A program made the position numbers and the translations under genes. From Carpediemonas membranifera BICM (lineage: Eukaryota; Protista; Fornicata): DNA of 64,000 bases. This document shows positions 1-11,800 of the stretch, one piece after another. The notes below the pieces were generated by a model. It had not been told where the DNA came from, made no database searches, and was given only the letters and a program-made list of their open reading frames with translations. Location of the stretch: positions 36,548 through 100,547 of the forward strand of contig JAHDYR010000042.1 of assembly GCA_019828565.1 (NCBI GenBank), given 5' to 3'. Every line of letters starts with the position of its first letter. The first letter of the stretch is position 1.

Positions 1-2183
1 CTCTAACTCGCTGGTGTGTAATCATGACTAATCGCTGTCAGCGAGCGCCGTTAATCGGCCTGGCTCAGACCTGATAGCTTAATAGAAGAGTGTTGAACGA
101 CACTCGTGTGCTAGAGCATACATGCTCGCTAGCTGACTCAGAACATGCTCCGTAACAACCGTACTTGCCACATGGCCTTTCCGGACGCTCAGGTGTGCAG
201 AGCCCGTCGGCAAAGCATCCATTACCCGAACCTTAGATGGCGGTCCCAAGGTGTCACACACAGCCGTGTTGTCGTCGGGCGTGCACTCCCTCAGACTCAC
301 CGCACCGTGGATCAACGCTCAGCTGACCACTACCACCCGTCCACAGACCTACTGGTCTGGATCGCGATATATATCAAGTTGTTGGGATCCCTATGTAAGT
401 AAGCGACACCCCTATACTGGCTAACTGCCAAGGCGGTGCAAAATAGAGATGTCGAACGACAGCTCAAAGGCTTGTAGACACTCATGTGCTATACAAAACC
501 TACCTGGCCTCTGCGCCTACTCAGAGCATGCAAGATGCTCCGTTGTTCGACACAGCTCACTGGCCGTCTCCACCGAGGATTAACCTCCTGGTGAGACCGA
601 TTGGATGAACTACGAACGTAGTTTCGACGAGTTATAAATGTACATGTAACGTTAAAGCGCACCGGTGCTGACTGAACATGGGTAACCTACCTTCCGGTAC
701 AGGTTGGGTGTTAGGCTGAGTACGCTTGACTCAGGATACTATGAAGTGCTTCTTGCACTAGTAGATGACTGTCGGCACAGCTTATGTCACAAGCCTGGCT
801 GACATTGCGAAGGCTTGACTGCTGTGACGGCTATTCGGCACTAGAACTGTCCGCTTCGAGATGAGCGACGACTCATTGGCCACTCGATCGTGTGTCGCAT
901 CACTACATGATGCTGTCAATTGACGGTAGCTGGACATTGCTCAGGCGGCTGGGGATGTCTCTCGTACTTGCGGGTGGACTCACTCGCTCGGCCGAGGCGG
1001 ATGGTTAAACATCGGGTGTGTACTGCTTGGGCTAACCCTTGCTCGCGGGCACGGCTCCTACGTAGCATAAGTATACGCGGTTGATTAGGTCATCCGCTGA
1101 TGACTGTCGACCTAGGCTGGCTGTCTAGTGTCCGGGACATGGGTAGCAGAGTGCTCGGGAGACAGACCTGTCTCAGGGGCATACGGAAACTCTGCAACGT
1201 TTGCTTAGTGTAAACGACGATACAATCCACGATAAGTGGAGACTCTAGGAAGTGGGTGAACCACGGGTTGAGATGCATCGACACTACCCTCCATCTGGCT
1301 GAGTCTCTAGTTGCTGGCTGACCTGACGGGTCGCAAGTATTGTGCTAAACGCGCTTGGTTCGTCTCTCGCTGGCGCGAATGAGAGTCATTACGACCTCTC
1401 TCGAGTGTCCTGTGACACCGAGTAACATGCAAGGTTGATTGAAGAGGCTGTAGGGCACTGTCACCCCGACTGGGTGGTGCCTGAAGATCCCACAGATGTG
1501 AAAGGAAGGTTAAGTTCGTGAGGCAAGGCGCTGCCAAGCTCTTAGTTCCACTGCTAGTCAGCAGGCGTCGAAGGTGTATCCGCCCTCCTGTGGCGGAGAC
1601 TTATGGGTAACCGGTGCGAACACGCACCGTGGGTGGACTTTTAGTCCTGGTATTGGCCTCGTATGTCAGTACGAGAGGGCTTATCTGGCTTAGTGTTGAT
1701 ACTGCGGACGTCTTCGAGGGTGACTGCTGGGTCTACCGCTCGTCAAGAAGGTTATCAGCCTCCTCCATAGCTCTGTCTCCTAGTAGAGATATCATGTGGC
1801 GACGTGACGACATGAGTTAGATACGATATGAGTACTCTGCAGCATGACATGACGGATACCTTACCCGGAGGTTCTTCAAGAAGGTGTTCCTATCCTTCCC
1901 ATATATGATGACGTCGTCCACGTACGCTAAGGCCTGAGTGTACAGGCTGTCACTGAGAACGGCTTCGAGAGCCCGTTGACACTGGATAGGGGCATTCTTC
2001 ATTCCAAACGGCATGCGGCAGTACTCAAATTTCCCCAGGCCATCCACTGTGAAGGCAGTATACTTGCAACTATCACTAGCCATGGGAACTTGATGAAAAG
2101 CCGATTTCAGGTCTAAAGCCGCGAAGAATTTTGCTCCCTCGAGGTGATCCAGGAGGTTGTCTATCAGTGGCAGGGGGTGACTG

Positions 2184-3704
2184 TCAGGCGAGGTGATGAG
2201 ATTGAGGGCTCGGAAATCTAGGCATAGTCGTAGGGCTCCGCCCCTTCTTAGCCATGACTATCGGGTTGTTGAATGCCGATGTGGATCTCCGGATGATACC
2301 CTGGGCCTCTAGTTCATGGACTTGGCGCACAATCTCGGTCCGTACAGGTGTGGAATAGCGGTAGGGGTAGACGTTAATGACTTTGTCTGGGTCTTCGGTC
2401 TTGACCTTGAAGGGGGGCAGAGTTGATGTCACGGACAGATCTTCCTCGAAGAGGCCAGGTAGATCTTGCAAGATTCGCGATATCTGCTCCTCGAACTTCA
2501 TGATCGTAGGTGTTGTGGTCTCAGTTGCGTCATGTAGGGCATCCACATCGAACATGTCGTCGTAATCATCCCCAACCTCCACAATGAGGTCGTCAGCGGG
2601 GAATTGGATCAATCCGGCGGACACGAGCAAGGGGAACCCAATGACTGTAGGAGCTGGGAGCTTTTCGCGCATGATAATGAACTTTGTCTTGATCGTGAGC
2701 TTGTGGCCAGTGGCGGAGGGGAACTCACAGTCAGCCGTCATTACATGGGTCGTATTAACCTTCTGTCCAGTGAACAACTGGACCTGATGGGACTCGAGTG
2801 AAGGCTCAATGGGCAGCGAGGAAGCTAGCTCTTCTGAGATAAAGTTGGCCGTGGCGCCAGTGTCGTACAACGCAGATGAGGGGCACTGCAGGAGGCGGAT
2901 CGGGAACAGGGGACGAGCAGAGGCTTGGCTAGGCTTACCTTGGGTCAGAGCTGCGAGGAGAAAGTCAACGTATGCCTGCCCTTTACTCTTGGACCGGCGA
3001 CCTTCTCTCTCCGCTTGCTCAGCCTTTCTGGCTTGCGCAATAGCTGCCTGAGCCGTTCGTTCAAACGATCGCTTGTCCTTGTAGGTGGCGCAGCGCTCAC
3101 GTAGACGGTCTCCGCGCACGTTGGTCAGGAACTTCTGAACTAACGAAGACTCCTTCGGACGGACATGCGCGCAGTTCATAATCATCCGCGAGTAAAGGAA
3201 CACATAGGTTAGCATGGACTCGTAGAGGTTACCGTCGGGGAACTTGATATCGTCGAACCGGTCGAGAGCATCTTGCTTATCAAGGGGGGCGAAGATGCGG
3301 TTCACGCGATCAATAAAAGCCTCATTCCAGTCTTCGGGAGGGGGAGCCAGCTCATTGTCATCATCGGAAGAGGATGAGTCGGAGTCGTCAGACGTGTCTT
3401 CGTCCTCTTCTTCTTCTGCAGGCGCGGCGGCGACCATAGCGATCTGGCCTACATTCTCCTCGGCCACTTCAGGCACACGAGGAGATTCAAGTGCCGCGCG
3501 CGCTTCTGCGATAAAGGCATGGAGCTCAGGATCACTCAGCTCCAGGAGCTGAATAACAATGGGGCTAATGAGACTGAAGATCGGAATTTCGGAGTTCGTG
3601 CGGGCGTTAAAAGAACGGTAATTGTCTCGGAACGAGTACCATGATTTCGGCTTAGCCGAATTCAACCATGGGGCCAAAAAGTTAGACAGGGCGTCAATGT
3701 TCAT
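2184..3704 (-). CDS. Gag-aspartic protease-start of RT of E0; +1 shift at AAGAAGGGG (~2240) into RT, which continues to ~1817
   Basis: LYDTGATANFIS protease motif; PYRYS...IIRRSTSAFNNPIVMAKK RT entry. No CCHC knuckle seen; acidic insert present. Confidence 0.85.
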   Translation of the reverse strand: MNIDALSNFLAPWLNSAKPKSWYSFRDNYRSFNARTNSEIPIFSLISPIVIQLLELSDPELHAFIAEARAALESPRVPEVAEENVGQIAMVAAAPAEEEEDEDTSDDSDSSSSDDDNELAPPPEDWNEAFIDRVNRIFAPLDKQDALDRFDDIKFPDGNLYESMLTYVFLYSRMIMNCAHVRPKESSLVQKFLTNVRGDRLRERCATYKDKRSFERTAQAAIAQARKAEQAEREGRRSKSKGQAYVDFLLAALTQGKPSQASARPLFPIRLLQCPSSALYDTGATANFISEELASSLPIEPSLESHQVQLFTGQKVNTTHVMTADCEFPSATGHKLTIKTKFIIMREKLPAPTVIGFPLLVSAGLIQFPADDLIVEVGDDYDDMFDVDALHDATETTTPTIMKFEEQISRILQDLPGLFEEDLSVTSTLPPFKVKTEDPDKVINVYPYRYSTPVRTEIVRQVHELEAQGIIRRSTSAFNNPIVMAKKGRSPTTMPRFPSPQSHHLA

Positions 3705-3737
3705 CGGGAAAGTAGCCTTAATCGAAAGTTATATAAC

Positions 3738-3857
3738 TGTGACGGGCAGGGGACAGGAACACCGAAGGGAAACGATGAACTAACTTTAAATTGACTTTGA
3801 CGATCATTGACCAATCATAAAAGAACTGATTGGGACAGCTAACACAACGTGACAACA
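3738..3857 (-). repeat. Putative 5' LTR of E0 (~120 bp)
   Basis: TGT...ACA ends, AT-richer than flanks, interrupts an integrase-like frame. The partner LTR was not found, so the outer end is inferred. Confidence 0.6.
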
Positions 3858-4800
3858 TTGTCTTCTGAGGGCGGAGGAATTCGCGCATCAGGCGCTCATC
3901 TGTCCTTTGTCCTCTGATGTGGCGCTCAAGCGCCTCGTTGGCACGTTCGAGCGTGAGGCTTGCGGTGAATGCGCGGTCCGTTGCCGCGGCGTGCAGAATG
4001 GCGACAGCATTAGCAACATGAACATCACGGCGGGAAGCTCCCGATCTGTGGCCCGGTCCGAACCAAGGACATGTAGTGCAAGCGAAATGTTGTAAGGGGT
4101 AACAGGACAACCAGGCCCAGTCAGCCTGGGGGAACACCGCCCATGCCCTGACCCACGCCACCTAACCGGGGTAGACAGCATGGACTTAGTCACTTTCCCC
4201 GCCTTCGGGTAGGCTTCTTAACAGAGTCGAGGGGGCATGGAAATGGTGAACCGGACAGACGAGAGGGTGCCGTGGCTGAACGGCTCTACAAGGACTGCAG
4301 GGAAGCAAGGAGTGTCATAGTCAAGGTCCTGCAGGACGATCCTGCCTGTAGTGCACCTGATTCATTATTTTGATTTGGTCCTCATTGGTCTTTGTTGACA
4401 CACGTGTGTCGTAATAAAGCACTTCCTCTTCTTCCTGGTGTACCACACTGCCTGTCAATGCCCCGAGGACAGACCCCCAGGCTCCCCGGATAGTTGCCGG
4501 ACTTTCAGGGAGACAGGAAAGCATATTTGCACGGAGATGGCCGCAGGGCCTCTGGGGCGATTGGAATCGGCTTTCCGCGGAGACAGTAGCACCGAAAGCC
4601 CAAGGCAAACGCTGCTGACCAGTTTGCCATGGGAAATAGGCAGTACCCCGGGGCACTCAGCTCCAAGACAACGGGAAACAAGCTCAGCCCGGGGTCAGTC
4701 ACCAAGCACCATAAATTTCTTCTTCTTCTGAAGGTTCTGATCGTAACAGGATCTAGATCAGATAGGAACAGATGATTCTGCGTTATCATTTTCCAGGAGT
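3858..4800 (-). pseudogene. Degenerate gypsy pol fragment (RNase H-integrase) into which E0 inserted
   Basis: ERANEALERHIR resembles the integrase core ERxNxE motif (ERANKEVERILR in E1); FPWQTGQQ resembles the RT-RNase H connection; many indels. Confidence 0.5.
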
Positions 4801-5005
4801 GATCACTGTGCCGGATGGCAGCAGAAAACGGGGAAATCCATTTACCTTAAAGTGCACTGGGAGTGAGGGAGATGCTGTGACACTGTACTTACCGTGTGAT
4901 ATGTTCGCAGGTGGCACCAGCCTGCTGTCCACAGAGTAGTAGGATCATTTACGTATGCTACAAAACTGCAGGGTTGCTCGCTGACCGTATATGGGGGGGG
5001 GGGCT

Positions 5006-5551
5006 CTAGTCACGGTCAGCGAGATGGGCCCGGAGCTCCATCAGAAGTTGCCCAAGCATGTTCACACCGGTTCCACGGGCCCCACAGCCCCAGAAGTAGT
5101 CACGCGGAGAATCCTCCACAAGCCACCGTGTGCCCGTCTCGAGCAGGGCGGCGCGCCACTCATCGTTCTGCTCGGCCTTCATGAGAAGGGCGTCACGCAT
5201 GACATCTACGCGGCGGGTGTTCCACGTCTCTGTGTCCTCAGAAGACATACGGAAGCCATGCGGGCCTCCGAGTCTCTTGGCCTCGCGCGGTGTGGCTGCC
5301 ATTGCGATGGTGAGATGCTCCTCAGACCCATACGGAAACTTGCAAGCTTGGAAGTAGTGCTCAACAGTGTTATACCGTACAGATCCGTTGCAAGTGAAGC
5401 CATAGCTTCCGAAGTTGGAGAATATGCTGTTCTTTGAGTAGAACCAGATGGTCTCCGCGGAATTCAGCGCTTTCCAATTGCGTTTGTTGTATGCAGTGCT
5501 CTTAGTAGTGTCACTCGTCGATTTCACACCCGATGCTGCCTTTTTCGCCAT
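5006..5551 (-). CDS. NADAR (YbiA-like) family N-glycosidase/ADP-ribosylhydrolase
   Basis: FSNF, TVEHYFQACKF, PREAKRLG, LLETG..LVEDSPRDYFWG, NMLGQLLMELR motifs. Confidence 0.9.
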   Translation of the reverse strand: MAKKAASGVKSTSDTTKSTAYNKRNWKALNSAETIWFYSKNSIFSNFGSYGFTCNGSVRYNTVEHYFQACKFPYGSEEHLTIAMAATPREAKRLGGPHGFRMSSEDTETWNTRRVDVMRDALLMKAEQNDEWRAALLETGTRWLVEDSPRDYFWGCGARGTGVNMLGQLLMELRAHLADRD

Positions 5552-5885
5552 TCGATGCTTTTCTGTGTCTCATCGGCGAGATCACACCACCAACTGGTCA
5601 AATCCGGCAATATAATCAGTCATGGTATTGGCCGAATTCATGTGGCATGTGTGGTGTGGACCAGCCAGGGTAACTGACGATAGATTGCGCGTTGTGCGCT
5701 TCAGCTGGTGTTGGGTTGGGCATCTCCAATGAGCGGCTTTGCTGGAAGACTGGGCCAAGCCGCGTTTGCTGCCAGTTGCGGTCACAAACAGCATAAATTT
5801 TGATCAATCATAGAAATGCTGCTTTATTCTTTGTATCGAATTATACCGGAGAAAACATAAAAGTGCTGTTATAAAACACAACACA

Positions 5886-8800
5886 CTACCCCGACTCTGC
5901 CCGGGTGACGCCGAGGAAGTCGCCGAGGAGCGTATCTGGGATGATCTGGTCCCGGGGGATCATGTCGAGCAGACCGGACACCATCTTTTCATCGTCGGAA
6001 AGACGGCGGAAAATGGGGTGGAACACCACGCGGTACGAGGCGAGCAGCACGGTGATACCCAGGAGGAGCAAGGGCACCTGGCCCAGCCAGAAGCCGTAGT
6101 GGAACGCGGTGATTGCGTCCGCGACAATGCTCGTGTTCTCGTCATACAGATCGCCCAGCGGGACGGCCAGCTGGGTCGCCGAGAGGAAGTCCGCGCCCTC
6201 CAGCCCGCCGATGCTGATACACTCACCGCTGTACGCCGGGTCGAGCCCGTCCGCGGAGTAGCGGAAGGATGCGAGCACCTCTCTCGGGGTGGCACCGAAC
6301 GTGCTGTTGTCGAGCGTGCGGTCGTCGGTGCGGTCACCCGAGACGCCTGTGACCGACAGGAATAGGTCGAAGTCGTTGAGCTGCTGAGTCAGGTCCCGGA
6401 TGGCGTCCATTGACTCGGCGGCAGCGACATAGCCGTGGTTGCTAAGAGACGGTTTGGTCGCGATGTCGAAGAGGCGAGACGCCGCGTCGAACAGGTATGC
6501 TGCCCGCGATGCCTCGTCCGCAATGAGGACGGTCCTCGACACTGGGAAGTAGAGCAGGCCGGTGTAGGCGATGAAGAGGGACAGCACCACGGCGATCACC
6601 CAGAGCGTGCTCGTGGAGATGCGTCGGAACTTCAGGATGCGGGGCAGCTCGAGATGCTGGCGGACGACGTTGATCTTCTGCAGTGCTGGGGGCGTGGCGA
6701 TCTGGAGGACGAAGCGGCAGAACATGTAGTAGGTGCAGATTACGGCGCACACGAAGCCGATGAAGACGCCGATGAGCATGATGACCTCAGTGCCCTGGGT
6801 GTCAACGATGTCGTTCGAGTAGGCTGAGAACATGTCACGGAGCGAATCTAGCTCCGATCGCATTGAATCAATAAGATATTCGAACTTATCATCGAACAAA
6901 AGGGATCTTGAGAGCGCAGCCTGCGTGTCACTGCTGAGCGTCGCGTCGTACGTCGAGTTGTGGTACACCGCCCGGCCCGGGAAGCTGAGCAGGTCCGACG
7001 CGTAGCCAGGCTCCGCTGCCCCGTCGTACTCGTAGTTATGCAGGGATGGGGCGACAGTTGCGGGGACGGCGGCTGCCCAGATGCCGAGCTGCGCGGACAC
7101 CCTCGTGAGGTTGACCATCGCCGTCCAGTGGGAGCGGAAGGAGGCGACGGTAGCTGTAAACTGCTCGTCGACGTCGTCGTCGACGAGCACAAAGAGGGTT
7201 GGGTCGACTGCGATGGCATCCTCAACTTCTTCGAGCCGGGCGGTCTCGAAGTGCTGCGAGAAGAGGCGGGATGCCCTGAGCACCCCGCGGAGGGCGACGC
7301 TGAAGTCCGAGGCATCGGACAGAAAGTCGTGCTTGACCTGGCTCTGGTCGTTCAGTGTCAGCGTCCGGGTCCCGATGTTGTCGGCGACGAAGTTGAGGGC
7401 GACTGAGAGGCAGAGGAGGATGATGATCATGATGAAGACGTTGAGGAAGAGGTTCTTCCCCAGGGCGTTCATCCGCCCCAGGAAGGACTTGTCTTGGCTG
7501 ATCGCCGCGATCTTCTGCTCGTTGCCCTCAAAGATCGTTGTTGCCTCGGATGCGTCCCGCATGAGAGAGCTGAGCCCGACACTGAAGGCGTTCGTGCCGG
7601 ACCGCGTGCTGCGGGCGATCGATACGACGCTGAAGGCAGGCGAGTGGGCGGAGTCGACGCTCATGACGTCGGGCGATCGTGTCTGCGACCTCAGTGACAG
7701 CAGCGAGGCCCGTGAGCGTGAAACGACGTCTGCCCGGTCTAGTGCTTTCCGCAGCGAGTCCGTACTCTCGCCGAGGGCGACGATGGCCGGGTGCCGGACG
7801 ACCTCGCCGTTCATCGCGTCGAGACCGAGCCGGTACATCTCGCGGATGACGTCGAGCCGGTTGATGTCGACGACCTTCATGCGGAGGTTGATGAATAGCC
7901 CGACGACGAGGATGGCGGTGGCGAGGATGCGGAGGACGAGCAGCGTGGTGAGGGTGTAGCCCTGCACCTTGAGCACCGTGGCCTGCTCAGTCACGAGGGT
8001 CGACACCTCGGCTGTCGACCGGGCCAGCACGAACGTGCGCACGTCTAGGATGCCCGCCGTCGAGCCCGTCTTGAGCGCCCAGTACTTGTCATCTGCGATC
8101 ACTGCCCGCGCGATCTCGATCTTGTCCGCCGGGTCGAGGGCCAGGTCCGCCGCGCTGTCGCTGTAGTAGCCCCACTTGGCTCGGTCGGGCCCGTACACCG
8201 CCCGGTCGGCCTGGTACGCCGTCTCCGCGGTGAGGTTGTAGGACCAGCCCGTCAGCTGGCAGCGGGACTCGGTACCCAGGCCCCAGGCCGACCGGGACAG
8301 CAGGATGCTGTTGGCCTCGAGGTAGGCCAGGGACCGCTCGGAGTTGAGCGCTGCGACCAGACCATCGTGGGTCGACCCGAGGTCGGACGCCGCGAGGGTG
8401 AGGGCATCAACCACGTCGGCCGTGCTGCTGTTGATCGCCCAGTAGTCCTGCTCCGTCTTCAGATAGCGGCCGTGGGCGACCCGCATGGCGTCCCAGGTTC
8501 GGGAGTCAAGGAGGTCCTGGAGCTCATCAATGACGAGCACCGTCTTGTCTGCCTCATCAAATGATGACCTGAGCTGGGGGTAGAGGTAGATGATGTACGA
8601 TGACGTGCACACCAGCACGCAGATGATGCCGACGCCCACCGCCAGCATGGTCACCAAGACCACCCAGATCAGCCGCAGCCGGAAGTGGAGCTTGCTGTGC
8701 ATGCCGGCGAGGTCGGTGACGATCTCTGCGAGGTCGACGCCGTTGTCGTCCTTCATGAGCACGTACGCCTGGCTGTCCGTGTCCGTGCTGATGCGGAGGC

Positions 8801-11800
8801 TCTCGCCCTCGTCGTCGTCGTCGAAGTCGTCGAACTCCTGGTCTTCATCTCGGTCGAAGTCGAGCGTCGACTTGCCCAGGGTGGCCGTGTTGAGAAACGA
8901 GTCCTGGAACTGCTGTGAGCCCATGCTGGGCGTCTGGAACGAGATCACTCGCCGCTCGAGGGCTGCCTTTGTCAGGGACCCGTTGAGGCGCTTTCGTTTC
9001 GTCGTGACGTTGGTGACATTGACGAGGTGCCGCACGAGTCTCGCGGGCACATGCAGGAAGATGTTGAAGTGCTCCTCATGGTAGCGGCGGACGGCGACGA
9101 AAGACTTCTTGAGGACGAAGATCTGCAGCAGGAGAACCACCGTCACAGTGATACCCCAGATAACCGCGAACGTGCCAACCACAATGTACCAGAATACACT
9201 CAGCGTGCTGCCTATCGAGTCGGCGACACATTCCATCGCCACCCGGAACGATACGGCGCTGTTCGCGAGGGCCAGGTGGGCGCTGCGTGTGTCCCCGGCG
9301 GCGGCCTCCCGGAGCTGGATGAGAAGCGTCTGTCCGAGGTCGATGGGGCTGGCGCTGTCGTACTGCACGACCGCGGGGACGGTGGCGGCCAGCCCGGCTC
9401 GGAACACCCAGGCGTCGTTGATGGCGTCGAAGACATCGGTGGCGAGGAAGCCGAGGATTGTCACGTCGAGGGCGTCCATCGCGCCGAGGGCGTCGCTGAG
9501 GGTGTTAATGGCACCACCCGGGTCTGCCATCTCGGCCGTGTCGAAGCCGTCGTAGTTCTCGGAGATTGCCATGGTCAGGAACGTAGCCCGGGCTGCTGCA
9601 ACCTGTCCTGCAGCGATGGTCCGTTGCAGGGCGAGCAGACGGAAGTAGAAGATGTTGGCGAGCTGGAAAAAGATGGAAGCGAAGAGGAAAAGCCCGGTCA
9701 GCACCAGCATCAGCGCGCACACGTTCCGCCGCAGCTTCCGCACCGTGGGGCTCTGCGAGTTCGACACGTGCAGCGTCAGGACATCGCTGACAGTCATGGC
9801 AGCCCGCACGGTCGTCGCCGTCGCGTTGGACTGGCTCTCGCTGGCGTGTGACTCGTCGTCGGACAGGTCCCTGTTCTCGAGGGCGATCTGGTCGGCGATC
9901 TCTCTCAGTCGGTCGGCGGTCTCGTTCTCCCGCTTGACGTTAGTCAGGAACTCGGCGTAGTGCTTGATCAGGTGGACGCGGCGGGGGAATGCCCGCAGCA
10001 CCTCGATGAACAGATGATCCGCCTGGGACGACTGGGCGTAGATGTTCTCGGCCACCCGAGCCAGGTCCTCCGCCCGAGGGTTCTTCGAGTCGAGGGAGCG
10101 CCAGAACTGGTGGATGGACCTCCTGGCGCCCTGGGCCAGCACCTTGGCCTGTCGCTCCTTGTTGTGGAGGTCGGCAAGTTCATCCGAGGTGAAGCCGGTC
10201 TCCTGCCGTTGCCGTAGCCTGTTGGCCTCACATCGTACGGCCGTGAGCATCATCATCCCCGCCGTCGACATGCCCCTGAGCACACCCCGCTCGATGAGAC
10301 GGGGGATCTGGCCGATGTCGAACAGGGCGGCGTCGTGATTGGCGTCAATGTGGATTGAGAACAGAACGAGCGTTATCCTGTCCCTCGAGGACCTTGTCCT
10401 GGCCGCCGCAGTCTGTGTGATCCGGAAGAGGTGAGCGATGAGGGTTGCCTTGGTCTTGTCCGCTCTGGCCGTGGGTGAGGTCACCGAGAGCATGTCAAAG
10501 CGGTCCGAGTTGTGCTTGATACGTGCCCGGAACAGGCGATGCGTCTGGACCTGCAGGTAGACGTAGTGCGCGACGGTGATGTTGCCCCAGTCGGGCGGTA
10601 GCTCGTCCTGCTCGAGCGGGATGATGCTGGACGCGTGGTGGTGCGACCGGTTGTCGAGCTTGAGCACACCGCTCGGCACCCTGCTGAGCGACGAGTGGTC
10701 GAGGGGCACTGGCCGGCCGTGCTTGCCGAAGAGCAGATGAAGGAGGAATACCTTGGTCCCCGCGACGAAGACCGCGCAGATGACGGTGGCGACGACGGCG
10801 ACTGGGACGAGACTAATGAAATAAACGGAGATGGGCGCGACGAAGCATGGCATGAGGACAGTGATGAGGCTCCATAACCAGCGGAGGAGGCTGGCGTGGG
10901 GCGGGAAGATGATGAGCCCGACCAGCGCAGCGAACGAGAGAAAGCAGATGGCCACGGCGGGTACGTACGCCGAGAGAGACAGCCCCAGCCCAGCGGCGGC
11001 CGTGGTGTTGATCACGGTCACTGCGACTGACAGGAGGGGCTGGACGAAGATCGCAAGGGTAGGGAAGTCCACAAAGCGCACAGAGGTCGAGGACACAGTC
11101 TCGCTGAAGTGCACGAGGCCGGAGAAGAGCGTGAATGCGACGAGCACGGCAAGCCCAACCCGCCCGAGCCCCGTCACCAGTGTATTGAGGTACCAGGCAA
11201 ACGAGGGCGCCGTCAGATCAGCAAGCGTCCCGCCTTCCTTCAGCAGCGGCGCCGCGAGGACCTGTGCGGCCGGGATGAGGAGGGGGCCGACGAGGACGCG
11301 GATCAGCGTGTCCAGGAGGGATACACGGCGTTTGGACCGGCCATTTCTGTTCAGTATGAGCTCTACGCATAGCCAGGCAAGCAGAAATAGGATTGCAATG
11401 CTCACCCCCGCACACGCCGCGACGACTGCAGTTGTGTTGGATCCAATGTACGTGAGGGGTAGAAAAAAGCGAAACGCCCAGAACAGATAGCTAGAGTCGT
11501 TATGAATGGCCGGGGAAAGGGCAATACCGAGCAGTTCGAGGGGAATTGGGGTGTTCAGTAACCGATAGAGCCTACGCCACTTCCACTGGCGAGATCGTAC
11601 AGTAGAAACATGAAAACACATGCGTTTTTGAAGTATGTTCATGTCTAATGGGGCCAGAAAACCGATTGCACCAGTCTGTGGGCCTCTAGAGGCAGAATGC
11701 CGCGAAGTTGAGGCAACGGAGCGTGCAACGTGCGGAGAATCCGTACCATCAGAGCGTCTGGAGGATAGATTAGAGAATTGATACATCCAGAGTGAGCTCA

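Larger units (their letters stand above)
1284..3857 (-). mobile_element. Ty3/gypsy LTR retrotransposon E0 (5' part clear, 3' part degraded)
   Basis: Putative 5' LTR 3738-3857 (TGTTGTCACG...CCCGTCACA on minus), palindrome 3727-3738, gag-protease ORF, and RT motifs (LDLKSAFHQVP, YCRMPFGMKNAP, YVDD). Sequence left of ~1850 is heavily indel-ridden; the left boundary is uncertain. Confidence 0.8.

Noticed and set aside
366-375. Palindrome GATATATATC as another PBS-like site
   Set aside because: Lacks the ACA|GT context and has no gag next to it.
1-1283. Genes or a defined element in the first 1.3 kb
   Set aside because: Only short ORFs; looks like degraded or low-quality retroelement sequence. 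One PPT-LTR-like junction at ~1283 has no partner.
5880-5895. GGGGTAG|TGT at the end of the TmcB-like gene resembling the PPT-LTR junction
   Set aside because: It is the gene's last codon and stop; no LTR or pol is adjacent.
6018-11490. Many antisense and overlapping ORFs within the island genes
   Set aside because: Shadow ORFs caused by high GC3 codon bias.
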